Source: Acinetobacter phage vB_AbaA_LLY. Taken from it: 42,869 nucleotides of DNA. The number at the start of each line of letters is the position of its first letter. Position 1 is the stretch's first letter. A program made the translations under genes and the position numbers. The stretch lies in sequence record OQ503491.1. The stretch is one strand, 5' to 3'. The notes beneath the pieces were generated by a model that did no database searches, had not been told where the DNA came from, and worked only from the letters and a program-made list of their open reading frames with translations. Positions 10,348 through 18,295 of the stretch are shown piece after piece.

Positions 10348-10530
10348 ATGGCAATTGCAAAAGCAACCCCAGCGCAACAGCAGGAGCTGCTGTGTCAGCT
10401 GAACATTCTCGGTAAGGACCTTTATGCTATCCTTACGCAGCCGCAGAACGTGGCCCAGACTGGTGCTGCCTTCGATACCAAGCTTACTGCACTGGAAGAT
10501 GCAGTAAACAAAGTGAGGGCCGCTAGCTAA
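10348..10530 (+). CDS. Hypothetical small protein (60 aa), N-terminal paralog of the preceding ORF
   Basis: Good RBS (AAGGAATAT...ATG). Shares the MA(F/I)AKAT N-terminus with ORF 9788. Confidence 0.35.
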   Translation: MAIAKATPAQQQELLCQLNILGKDLYAILTQPQNVAQTGAAFDTKLTALEDAVNKVRAAS

Positions 10531-10934
10531 TGCGTAAACTGGTCGCTGGGTTGCTGCTCGCGGTTACTCTGACTGGTTGCTCGGCGACCTCTGCACTCAC
10601 CGGCCTAGTTGGTTCTAAGCCGGATGTATCTGCTCAGGTTGGTGCCGAGAACACCAAACAAACCGTTGGCTTGAATAACAAGGTGGACTCCAGCACCACC
10701 AACAAAACTGATGTACAGGATTCTAACGTAGGCACTTTGGACACGTCCAGTAAGAAGCAGGTGCAAACTATTAGCACCGGGACAATTCAGGCAGAGCGCC
10801 TGCAGGTGGTTAATAATGATAGTTACAGTCTTATCCTCGCCGGATTAGCTGGGGCCAGTATTCCCCTGGTCTTCCTAGTGGTCATTCTGGTGATTCGTAA
10901 GCTGTTCAGGAAGAAGGGGCAGCAGGATGATTAA
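10530..10934 (+). CDS. Putative unimolecular spanin (u-spanin-like): N-terminal lipoprotein signal plus C-terminal transmembrane anchor
   Basis: Signal peptide with lipobox LTG|C (MRKLVAGLLLAVTLTGC). C-terminal TMD LILAGLAGASIPLVFLVVILVI followed by basic RKLFRKKG. Located in the lysis cassette just upstream of the holin and SAR endolysin. Confidence 0.5.
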   Translation: MRKLVAGLLLAVTLTGCSATSALTGLVGSKPDVSAQVGAENTKQTVGLNNKVDSSTTNKTDVQDSNVGTLDTSSKKQVQTISTGTIQAERLQVVNNDSYSLILAGLAGASIPLVFLVVILVIRKLFRKKGQQDD

Positions 10935-11178
10935 GGTAGGGGACATGGTTGGGTCGGACCTCGCTACCCGGGCAGGTGCAGCAGTTACCGGCGCTACGGT
11001 ATCAGGAGGTTGGTTGGCAGAGTTAATGAGCTGGAACTGGAGCACTATCAGCTTCATCACTGCGACTGTGTGTGCAGTGCTAACCCTGGCGTGGAATGCG
11101 TACTACAAACGACGTACATTCAAGCTCCTAGAGGAGCAGGCACGTAAGGGGATTATTAAATATGAGTTTAAGGACTAA
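10927..11178 (+). CDS. Holin (putative pinholin), 83 aa
   Basis: Small membrane protein with a hydrophobic segment STISFITATVCAVLTLAW and a charged C-terminus. Overlaps the spanin candidate and the SAR endolysin start. Confidence 0.5.
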   Translation: MIKVGDMVGSDLATRAGAAVTGATVSGGWLAELMSWNWSTISFITATVCAVLTLAWNAYYKRRTFKLLEEQARKGIIKYEFKD

Positions 11179-11773
11179 GGTTATTGCGGCCCTCACGGGG
11201 GCCACTATGCTTGGCGGCGCCATTACCGGAGTGGTTCAGCACAACGAGGGGTTGAGCCTTACCGCCTATAAAGATAGTGTCGGGGTCCCTACAATCTGCT
11301 ACGGAGAGACAAAGGGCGTTAAAATGGGCCAGAGAGCCACGCTGAGCGATTGTCAGAAGCAACTGATAGAATCAGCAGGGGCACATGCAAAGGCTCTTGA
11401 CGGGCTTCCTATGCAGCTCTCTGACGTAGCTCTGGTTGGGTCTGTAGACTTCATTTATAACGTAGGCGTAGCTGGCTTCAACGGCAGTGCTGTGAAGCGG
11501 CACCTCAAGAACCTAGATTATGCAGCGGCAGGAAAGGCCGTACTGGACTGGCGCTATATTAGCAAGTACCAGCAGAAGTCCCCCGGCATCGGTTGGGTGT
11601 ACAAGGGCAGCAACCGCTGGACCTTCGACTGCTCTCAGTATATTAACGGGCAGCGCAATAAAGTGTGCTGGGGCCTATGGGAGCGCAGACAGTGGCAGAG
11701 CAAGGCTATTGGGAATCAGTACAAGAATGTAAATGCTGCAGTGGCAGCTCTTACTAAGACAGGGGGGAGGTAA
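11162..11773 (+). CDS. SAR endolysin (GH24 lysozyme family) with N-terminal signal-arrest-release domain
   Basis: Catalytic region EGLSLTAYKDSVGVPTICYGET matches the lambda R/P21/T4-lysozyme E-D-T motif. The N-terminus KVIAALTGATMLGGAITGVV is a weakly hydrophobic Gly/Ala-rich SAR-type TMD. Confidence 0.8.
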   Translation: MSLRTKVIAALTGATMLGGAITGVVQHNEGLSLTAYKDSVGVPTICYGETKGVKMGQRATLSDCQKQLIESAGAHAKALDGLPMQLSDVALVGSVDFIYNVGVAGFNGSAVKRHLKNLDYAAAGKAVLDWRYISKYQQKSPGIGWVYKGSNRWTFDCSQYINGQRNKVCWGLWERRQWQSKAIGNQYKNVNAAVAALTKTGGR

Positions 11774-13729
11774 ATGGCGTTAATTAGATTAGTAGCCCCA
11801 GAGCGGGTGTTCTCCGACTTGGCGAGCATGGTGGCATATCCAAACTTTCAGGTACAGGACAAGATTATCCTGCTGGGCAGCGCCGGTGGGGACTTCACCT
11901 TTACTACTGCTGCGTCGGTAGTGGATAACGGGACTGTGTTTGCTGTGCCGGGTGGGTACCTGCTCCGTAAATTCGTGGGTCCGGCATACAGCTCCTGGTT
12001 CAGCAACTGGGCAGGTATAGTCACGTTCATGAGTGCACCTAATAGGCACCTGATTGTGGACACGGTTCTGCAGGCCACGAGTGTGCTAAACATCAAAAGC
12101 AACTCTACTCTAGAGTTTACCGATACCGGAAGAATACTACCGGACGCCGCGGTTGCACGTCAAGTGCTTAATATTATCGGCTCTGCGCCCTCGGCGTTCG
12201 TACCGTTAGCAGCGGATGCCGCGGCGGGCAGCAAAGTCATTACGGTGGCTGCTGGGGCTTTGTCTGCGGTAAAAGGTACGTACTTGTATCTTCGCTCTAA
12301 CAAGCTGTGTAATGGTGGTCCTAACACCTACGGTGTAAAGATTTCCCAGATTAGGAAAGTGGTGGGGGTTAGCACCTCCGGTGGCGTCACCAGTATTCGA
12401 CTGGATAAAGCGCTGCACTATAACTACTACCTGTCTGATGCCGCGGAAGTAGGTATCCCGACAATGGTGGAGAACGTAACCTTAGTATCCCCGTACATCA
12501 ACGAGTTCGGCTACGACGATTTGAACCGGTTCTTTACTATCGGTATCTCTGCCAACTTTGCCGCGGACTTGCACATTCAGGACGGGGTTATTATTGGCAA
12601 CAAACGCCCAGGGGCTTCTGATATAGAAGGGCGTAGTGCTATTAAGTTCAATAACTGCGTAGACAGCACCGTTAAGGGTACGTACTTCTACAACATCGGA
12701 TGGTACGGAGTGGAGGTGCTCGGCTGCTCAGAGGACACGGAAGTACACGATATCCACGCTATGGACGTACGCCACGCAATCTCTCTGAACTGGCAGAGCA
12801 CTGCAGACGGGGACAAATGGGGAGAGCCTATAGAGTTCTTAGGCGTTAACTGCGAAGCCTACAGCACAACCCATGCTGGGTTTGATACTCATGACATTGG
12901 TAAGCGTGTGAAGTTCGTTCGCTGCGTTTCATACGACAGTGCTGACGATGGATTCCAATCGCGCACTAATGGGGTAGAGTACTTGAACTGTCGAGCTTAT
13001 CGTGCAGCTATGGACGGGTTCGCCTCCAGCACCGGTGTAGCCTTCCCTATCTATAGGGAGTGCCTAGCTTATGACAACGTACGCTCTGGCTTTAACTGCT
13101 CGTACGGCGGTGGCTACGTTTATGACTGCGAGGCTCACGGTAGCCGGAATGGTGTGCGAATCAACGGGGGCCGTGTTAAGGGTGGTCGGTACACCCGCAA
13201 CTCCGGCTCTCACATCTTCGTCACTAAGGATGTAGCTGAGACAGCGCAGACATCCCTCGAGATTGATGGCGTGAGCATGCGCCACGACGGTACCGGAAGA
13301 GCTGTGTACTTCCACGGCACTATGGGCATTGACCCTACCCTGGTATCTATGTCCAATAACGACATGACCGGCCACGGTTTGTCTTGGGCATTACTGAGCG
13401 GCTACACTACGCAGCCTACGCCCCCGCGCATGTCCAGGAACTTGCTGGACGACACAGGCATTCGCGGAGTGGCTACTCTGGTTGCTGGTGAGGCTACAGT
13501 CAATGCACGTGTACGCGGAAACTTTGGCAGCGGAGCTACCTCCTTCAAGTGGGTGTCTGAGGTTAAGTTGACGCGGTTGACCTTTCCCTCTAGTGCTGGG
13601 GCCTTGACGGTTACTAGCGTAGCTCAGAACCGGGATGTGCCTACACCTAATCCGGACCTAAACAGCTTCGTGATTAGGAGCAGTAACGCAGCGGACGTAT
13701 CCCAGGTAGCCTGGGAGGTGTATCTCTAA
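11774..13729 (+). CDS. Tailspike / capsule depolymerase-like protein (651 aa), lacks a T7 gp17-type N-terminal anchor
   Basis: Large ORF at the genome end after the lysis cassette, with repetitive beta-strand-like composition (G/N/S/T/V-rich). Starts with ATG overlapping the endolysin stop (TAAATG). Position equals the second receptor-binding protein of KP34-like phages (inference). Confidence 0.55.
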   Translation: MALIRLVAPERVFSDLASMVAYPNFQVQDKIILLGSAGGDFTFTTAASVVDNGTVFAVPGGYLLRKFVGPAYSSWFSNWAGIVTFMSAPNRHLIVDTVLQATSVLNIKSNSTLEFTDTGRILPDAAVARQVLNIIGSAPSAFVPLAADAAAGSKVITVAAGALSAVKGTYLYLRSNKLCNGGPNTYGVKISQIRKVVGVSTSGGVTSIRLDKALHYNYYLSDAAEVGIPTMVENVTLVSPYINEFGYDDLNRFFTIGISANFAADLHIQDGVIIGNKRPGASDIEGRSAIKFNNCVDSTVKGTYFYNIGWYGVEVLGCSEDTEVHDIHAMDVRHAISLNWQSTADGDKWGEPIEFLGVNCEAYSTTHAGFDTHDIGKRVKFVRCVSYDSADDGFQSRTNGVEYLNCRAYRAAMDGFASSTGVAFPIYRECLAYDNVRSGFNCSYGGGYVYDCEAHGSRNGVRINGGRVKGGRYTRNSGSHIFVTKDVAETAQTSLEIDGVSMRHDGTGRAVYFHGTMGIDPTLVSMSNNDMTGHGLSWALLSGYTTQPTPPRMSRNLLDDTGIRGVATLVAGEATVNARVRGNFGSGATSFKWVSEVKLTRLTFPSSAGALTVTSVAQNRDVPTPNPDLNSFVIRSSNAADVSQVAWEVYL

Positions 13730-13769
13730 GTAGTTCTAAGAGCTCCCCGGGGTATCTCTATGGTATTCC

Positions 13770-13791
13770 TGGGGCATTGCTTGGGCATTGC
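13770..13791. repeat. Tandem duplication of the 11-mer GGGCATTGCTT
   Basis: Two perfect adjacent copies immediately downstream of the tailspike gene. Confidence 0.6.
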
Positions 13792-13902
13792 TTGGGTGCA
13801 CGTCTATACCTGGACCTGAAATTTATTAGACTCACGCGAGCCCCTCCCCTCACCCTGAACGCGCCCAATTGCCCCCATAGGGGGGTGTCCTGGGAGAATT
13901 TA

Positions 13903-13933
13903 GGGGGGGGGGGCCCTAGTGGGGCCCCACTAG
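13903..13933. repeat. G11 homopolymer followed by the 18-bp perfect palindrome CTAGTGGGGCCCCACTAG
   Basis: Read directly from the sequence: 11 consecutive G (13903-13913), then CCCTAGTGGGGCCCCACTAGTG, which contains ApaI and SpeI sites. Confidence 0.7.
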
Positions 13934-13934
13934 T

Positions 13935-14660
13935 GTGCACCAGCGGGCCTCAGAGGCTCTCTGCGCTGCGCTAGGGCTATCACCAGTGCTAACCTATGGC
14001 TATCACTGTGCGTGGCGCTGCGTGGCTCCTGTGCGCTCTGCGTGGCACTGGGGCTATCCCAGCGATATCCCTGTGCGCTCTCTGTGGGCCATAGAGGTGC
14101 GCCCTGCCTTACCTATTTTGTGCGCCTCGGTGTGGCACCTAGTGGGCCTGCCTAGTGCCTGCCTAGTGGGGCCAGTAGTGGGGCCATAGGGTGCACCTAG
14201 TGCTATCCCTAGTGCGTACTAGGCTATCCAATGGCTATCCTTAGTGCTTTACATTGTGCCGATTCTGTGCTACGCTGCGCGCTCCCCACTAGGGCGCACA
14301 TCCACACTCAACACTATCCAGCGCTATCCCAATGCTATCCCTTTGCTCTTACTTTCATTCGAAAGCTATTATGAAATGAAGTAACCGGAGTAGGAGGGGT
14401 TTAGGGACACTATATACACTACTACTCACTATGCACTCACTGGGTACTCACTAGTATGTCCCTGTGCCTACGCAGTAGGCTGACATACCTACATAGTCAC
14501 CGCATCACTCCGTGTCCTTACACTGCGTACGGACACTGCGTTCTGCTCCATGTAGTATTATATAGTGTTAGGTAGTATTGGTTCGTACTAGGCAGTATTG
14601 GCTAGCAGTGGCTACAGCTAGTGCCAGCACAGTGCTATCCCTAGATTGGTTGGGTATGGC
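13935..14660. repeat. Non-coding repeat-rich region: at least 8 copies of GCTATCC(C) and at least 5 copies of CCTAGTG/CACTAG; probable genome-terminus/early-control region
   Basis: GGCTATCAC x2, then GCTATCCCAGCG, GCTATCCCTAGTG, GGCTATCCAATG, GGCTATCCTTAGTG, CGCTATCCCAATG, GCTATCCCTTTGC, GCTATCCCTAGATTGG. Also CCTAGTG clusters (GCCTGCCTAGTG x2). No convincing long ORF; the listed 60-84 aa ORFs here are low complexity. Confidence 0.5.
14374..14397 (+). promoter_or_regulatory. Copy C of recurring motif (...ATGAAGTAACCGGAGTAGGAG); candidate phage promoter or regulatory element
   Basis: Shares ACCGGAGTAGGA with the element at 34782-34805 and GAGTAGGA with 26527-26550. Followed by GTTTAGGGACACTATATACA, which loosely resembles SP6/K11-class promoters. 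Confidence 0.25.
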
Positions 14661-14720
14661 CCTAAGTATTTGCCTTGCTTACCCTTTTTGCTCTTAGAGA
14701 TAAATATTTGCAAAAAGTAC

Positions 14721-14750
14721 TTGCTTCTTTTGGTTCAATGCAGCTATAGT
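14721..14750 (+). promoter_or_regulatory. Candidate host sigma70 promoter (TTGCTT-N18-TATAGT)
   Basis: -35 TTGCTT at 14721-14726, 18-nt spacer, -10 TATAGT at 14745-14750. Followed by the hairpin CCTCC-tcaccg-GGAGG at 14751-14766. Confidence 0.35.
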
Positions 14751-14860
14751 CCTCCTCACCGGGAGGCACTAGCGACTAGCTAGGCTAACCGGGGCCGAGC
14801 CGGGAGGCTCCGCTGGATTAAAGCTAGATAGTGTGAAGGGTTAGATACTCGATAAAAGGG

Positions 14861-14889
14861 TTGACACCGCGAAGAACATAAGCTAGATT
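14861..14889 (+). promoter_or_regulatory. Strong candidate host sigma70 early promoter (TTGACA-N17-TAGATT)
   Basis: Perfect -35 TTGACA at 14861-14866, exactly 17-nt spacer, -10 TAGATT at 14884-14889. Lies ~340 bp upstream of the first early ORF on the coding strand. Neighbouring repeats of (A/C)(G/C)CTAGAT(A/T) at 14822, 14881 and 14971 suggest tandem early promoters, like T7 A1-A3. Confidence 0.55.
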
Positions 14890-15225
14890 GAATCCCGAAG
14901 TAAGCAGTAAGCTGGTTTGAAGCTGGTTTGCGGGGAGGTGCAGTGCCTTGACGGTGCAGTGACCACCACAACCTAGATAATCAGCAGTAGTGAAGATGTA
15001 TGAAGATGCAACGTCAAGAGCTGAGACGACAAACGGCGGGTGCGCTTAGATGGTTGTGCCCTGAAAACGAAATCATCAAGCCCAGCGCGACTGGGGAGCC
15101 GGGGGAAACCACGAAGAGGCTGAATCAACGCGGTTGTACAGGTGCTGACTAGAATCAGTAACCCGCCAACCAATAACACTGACCTAAGCAACCGTGCTTA
15201 GCTGAGTGTTATACAGGAGCTAAGC

Positions 15226-15423
15226 ATGAGTAGGCTGATAGATGCTGAATATAGGTGGCGCAGACAAAACGCAGCCGCGTGGAGGAGGCGCATTTCGGTA
15301 CTGGAAAGTACATTAGAACACTTCTCTGCGTTGCAGAGTCTCACCCCTAATCAGGTAACGACGTTAGTCAGTATGCGTATTGAGATTGCCAGACTGAAAG
15401 GGCACATAAAGGCGGGAACATGA
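15226..15423 (+). CDS. Early hypothetical protein (65 aa)
   Basis: First ORF after the promoter region. RBS AGGAG 7 nt upstream of the ATG. Confidence 0.45.
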   Translation: MSRLIDAEYRWRRQNAAAWRRRISVLESTLEHFSALQSLTPNQVTTLVSMRIEIARLKGHIKAGT

Positions 15424-15644
15424 AGTACAGAGATAAGTTGAAACAACAATTCGAGGGGCTGGAGAAGCTGTCAGGCCCAGAGTTGAGAAAGCGCCGGGAC
15501 GCACTGAACCGCGCAGGGTATACGCAGACCAAGCAATCCGCCACGTTCAGCACCACGGTGCGTGGCAAGACCAAGACTAAGGGTAGCAGCAAAGAGCCCA
15601 AGGGCTGGTACACTGTAAATTCACAATTAGGGAGGTTAGTATGA
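15420..15644 (+). CDS. Early hypothetical protein (74 aa, basic)
   Basis: ATGA overlap with the upstream ORF (translational coupling). Confidence 0.45.
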   Translation: MKYRDKLKQQFEGLEKLSGPELRKRRDALNRAGYTQTKQSATFSTTVRGKTKTKGSSKEPKGWYTVNSQLGRLV

Positions 15645-15733
15645 TGACATTCTTAGCAGTAGTTGGCGCATTCTTTCTTGTCGGCCCGATTCTTCGATTA
15701 CTGTTCATTATCCTGTTCGTTAGCAAGAAGTGA
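15641..15733 (+). CDS. Small hydrophobic membrane peptide (30 aa, MMTFLAVVGAFFLVGPILRLLFIILFVSKK); not in the supplied ORF track
   Basis: GGAGG RBS 5 nt upstream. ATGA overlap with the previous ORF. Single predicted TMD. Confidence 0.4.
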   Translation: MMTFLAVVGAFFLVGPILRLLFIILFVSKK

Positions 15734-15848
15734 AGAGTTTACTAATTACAGCCTATAGCATCCTTACGGCGGTGCAGGAGCAGTACCTGTATGCTGCTGT
15801 GACGCTCACTGTGGACGGTAAGAGCAACAACTAAATTTGAGGTGGAGA

Positions 15849-16028
15849 ATGCACGGAAAGAATCCTGAGACGCTGCTGATGCGTAAGCAGCAACCAACAA
15901 TCGACGGGCTGGCGCGGGAATACAGAGCGAAGGCAGCGCTGCGCCAGCATTATGCTGAGCAAGCACAGCGCCTGGGTATGACTCTGCGCGGCTACTGCGT
16001 CCGGTTTAATGTGCGGGGTGTTGTATGA
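15849..16028 (+). CDS. Early hypothetical protein (59 aa; ORF track start 15837)
   Basis: ATG preceded by GAGGTGGAGA RBS. ATGA overlap with the next ORF. Confidence 0.4.
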   Translation: MHGKNPETLLMRKQQPTIDGLAREYRAKAALRQHYAEQAQRLGMTLRGYCVRFNVRGVV

Positions 16029-16243
16029 GCAAGCAAAGTATGTATGATGTATACAAGCAGCCAAGCGGGTTGCTGTACCGAGTGCCGCTGTGCAGCCCAC
16101 TGCACGCCAGCGCAGAATTCTATGCTGAGAAGGGCAATAAGTGGTTGACTTCCAGTCACACAGTTGGCGGGGTGATAGCGCTAAGCAGCAGCGTACTAGT
16201 GGCCCGCAATGTGGTGTTCAAGGACAGCGTATGCTCACAGTAG
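16025..16243 (+). CDS. Early hypothetical protein (72 aa)
   Basis: ATG start coupled to the upstream ORF. Confidence 0.4.
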   Translation: MSKQSMYDVYKQPSGLLYRVPLCSPLHASAEFYAEKGNKWLTSSHTVGGVIALSSSVLVARNVVFKDSVCSQ

Positions 16244-16575
16244 ACGAAACAGCTGTTTTCATGTGGAGGCTGCTGGAAACGCAGGGCAAGTGCGGTTGCA
16301 CTTGGGAAACATTCAAAGAGGTCCCTAATGAGCTCAAGCAAATCGTGCCAGTTGAGCGTCGATTACTCCGAGTTAGAAAAGCGGGTATTGGCACTGTTCT
16401 CACAACCTATCGAGAGTACACTGAATCTGCCGCGCGCGGATTGCAAGAGCGCATTGCGTTCGATGTGGTTGCAGCACTACGGCGGAATGGATACCGCGGA
16501 GCTTTTAAGCAATTTAGAGCCGCGATCCGTGCCTACTACAAGCAGCGACAACTCGCCGCGTGGTACGCACGCTGA
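16230..16575 (+). CDS. Early hypothetical protein (~115 aa, basic; frame of ORF 16141..16575)
   Basis: Internal ATG at 16230 gives a non-extended product. Overlaps the alternative long start (16328) of the next ORF, so only one arrangement can be correct. Confidence 0.3.
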
Positions 16576-16615
16576 ACTCTTAGTGCATGACGAAGTTCTA
16601 TTAACTCGGGAGCAA

Positions 16616-18295
16616 ATGAAAATGCAAGAAACTAACACAGCACCTATCGAATGGAGAGTAGTGTTACCGGAAGGTGCAAACGCACTGCCGATTAAAGAAT
16701 CAATGTATTCCAGCGGCGATTACTGGACCCCGTTCCAGGACTTGAAAATGCAAGGTTATGACCACCCACACACTGAGGGCGCACTGCAGGCTCTTATGGG
16801 CCTCCTCAAAGTCAGCGCAAACACCCCGGGCTTAGAGGTCGCTATAGGCGGAGCACTTCATCCGAAATATCGTGACATTTACAAGGCTGCCGGGCCGTTG
16901 CAACGGGTGGACTTGTACCAATCCGGAACTTTCTTCGAACTACTTACCCCGGCGCGGATCACTATCGACAACAAGTTCTGGGAACGTCGCCGCGACTTCT
17001 ATGAGGACGGGGATGTAGTGGTTGAGCGTGTACTTGCTAGCGTCGAAGCATTCACCGGCTACAAGGTGCACAAGCAGGCCGTGCAGTTATTCGAGCGCAT
17101 TATGCTTGCACCAGAAGAGCAGCAGCGCCGGGAGTATACTGGCTATGATTACGGTAGCCACATCCGTGACATGCACGCCGCTGCTCTGCTCATGAAGTTG
17201 CACGGCTTCGTAGTGTCTAGATTCGCTGTGCCTTTGGGCTTTGGTTTCCGCAACGGCGAACCTATCGTGATGCTGGGGCAGCCGCGCATGCACAAGGACT
17301 TCGCTGCAGTTACTGAGTACCGCTGCGTGGAGATGCGCGTAGGTAAGTGGCTCGCTAACTACTACGGCAATGGCGTAGACTTCCGCGATGCTATCGAAGA
17401 CCTCAAGGCTATGAACGTAGAGCCTACAACGTACCTGTGCAAGACCGAACAGGAATGGTATGACGCATATGAGAGCGGCCCAAGTAGCTGCATGAGCGAC
17501 TACCCCTTTGAGTGTAGCCCTGTGCGGACGTATGCCACCACCAGCCACGGGCTGCCGGATAATGGGCTGCGCCTGTTCATCCAGTACACCGGGGAACTGT
17601 TCGGCGACGACTTCGAAGTACAGGCACGAGCAATCGTTAACACCGAAACTAACGAGTACGTCCGAGCTTATGGCAACGCTGCGGATGCAATCCTGCGTGG
17701 GCATGGGTACACCAGAAACACCGGGTGTCTCGAAGGGGTAATGCTGGCGCGTATACCACACCCAAGTAACGTTGGTGCAGTGCTGATGCCATATCTAGAC
17801 AGCAACCAGTGCGGCGTAGATGAAGAAGGGAGTGACGCCTTTGTAATTCGTGATGACTATGGTTATGAGGCGCAGGATTCCGACGGATACATATACGTGG
17901 ACACAGAAACTGCCCGGTGTTGCTGCTGCGAAGAGCGCTACCCCGTCGATGACATGCAGGAAACCGCAGATGGTGATATGGCCTGTGATGGCTGCGTCGA
18001 AGAGGGGGACTTTGTATATGCAGTTGGCCGAGAAGGGCTGTATAGTCGCTGGAACTGCACCTGGTCTGATTACCACGATGCTTACGTATACGACGAGGAC
18101 ATTGAGTACTGCGCAGTAGAGGGTGTAGTGCACGGCCGGGAAGAGCTGGTGTTTGCACAGGACCGGCAGGTGCTTATTGAGCACGCAGAAGAACACCCAG
18201 TGCACGGGTTAATTCTCACTGAGCATGCAGCTGATTGCTTGGGAGAGAAGTACCTGGGCAACGACGACGAAGGAGAAGTAGAGGAGGCAGCTTAA
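16616..18295 (+). CDS. Large early hypothetical protein (559 aa from ATG 16616; up to 655 aa if started at 16328), Cys-rich and acidic C-terminus
   Basis: GGGAG RBS 5 nt upstream of ATG 16616, and non-overlap with the upstream ORF, favour this start. Contains CCCCEERYPVDD and the C-terminal acidic tail NDDEGEVEEAA. No recognisable catalytic motif. Confidence 0.5.
   Translation: MKMQETNTAPIEWRVVLPEGANALPIKESMYSSGDYWTPFQDLKMQGYDHPHTEGALQALMGLLKVSANTPGLEVAIGGALHPKYRDIYKAAGPLQRVDLYQSGTFFELLTPARITIDNKFWERRRDFYEDGDVVVERVLASVEAFTGYKVHKQAVQLFERIMLAPEEQQRREYTGYDYGSHIRDMHAAALLMKLHGFVVSRFAVPLGFGFRNGEPIVMLGQPRMHKDFAAVTEYRCVEMRVGKWLANYYGNGVDFRDAIEDLKAMNVEPTTYLCKTEQEWYDAYESGPSSCMSDYPFECSPVRTYATTSHGLPDNGLRLFIQYTGELFGDDFEVQARAIVNTETNEYVRAYGNAADAILRGHGYTRNTGCLEGVMLARIPHPSNVGAVLMPYLDSNQCGVDEEGSDAFVIRDDYGYEAQDSDGYIYVDTETARCCCCEERYPVDDMQETADGDMACDGCVEEGDFVYAVGREGLYSRWNCTWSDYHDAYVYDEDIEYCAVEGVVHGREELVFAQDRQVLIEHAEEHPVHGLILTEHAADCLGEKYLGNDDEGEVEEAA

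Noticed and set aside
13777-14189. Plus-strand ORFs of 65-84 aa inside the terminal non-coding region
   Set aside because: Low-complexity, Cys/Trp/Pro-rich translations of repeat DNA (GCTATCC / CCTAGTG arrays). No RBS. Interpreted as non-coding.
14398-14420. SP6/K11-like promoter look-alike GTTTAGGGACACTATATACA
   Set aside because: One nucleotide shorter than SP6/K11 promoters between the TTTAGG and ACACTATA blocks. Lacks a +1 G. Single copy. This phage's RNAP is phiKMV-like and would not be expected to use an SP6-class promoter. Kept only as a note inside feature copy C.
14941-14981. TTGACG ... TAGATAAT as another sigma70 promoter
   Set aside because: The spacer between the -35 and either -10 candidate is 20-22 nt, too long for a functional promoter. 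Likely just another copy of the CTAGAT repeat.
16328-16615. Long 5' extension of the 655-aa early ORF
   Set aside because: Overlaps the entire 3' half of the upstream ORF (16230-16575). ATG 16616 has a proper GGGAG RBS. The extension cannot be excluded, but non-overlapping gene packing is more parsimonious.
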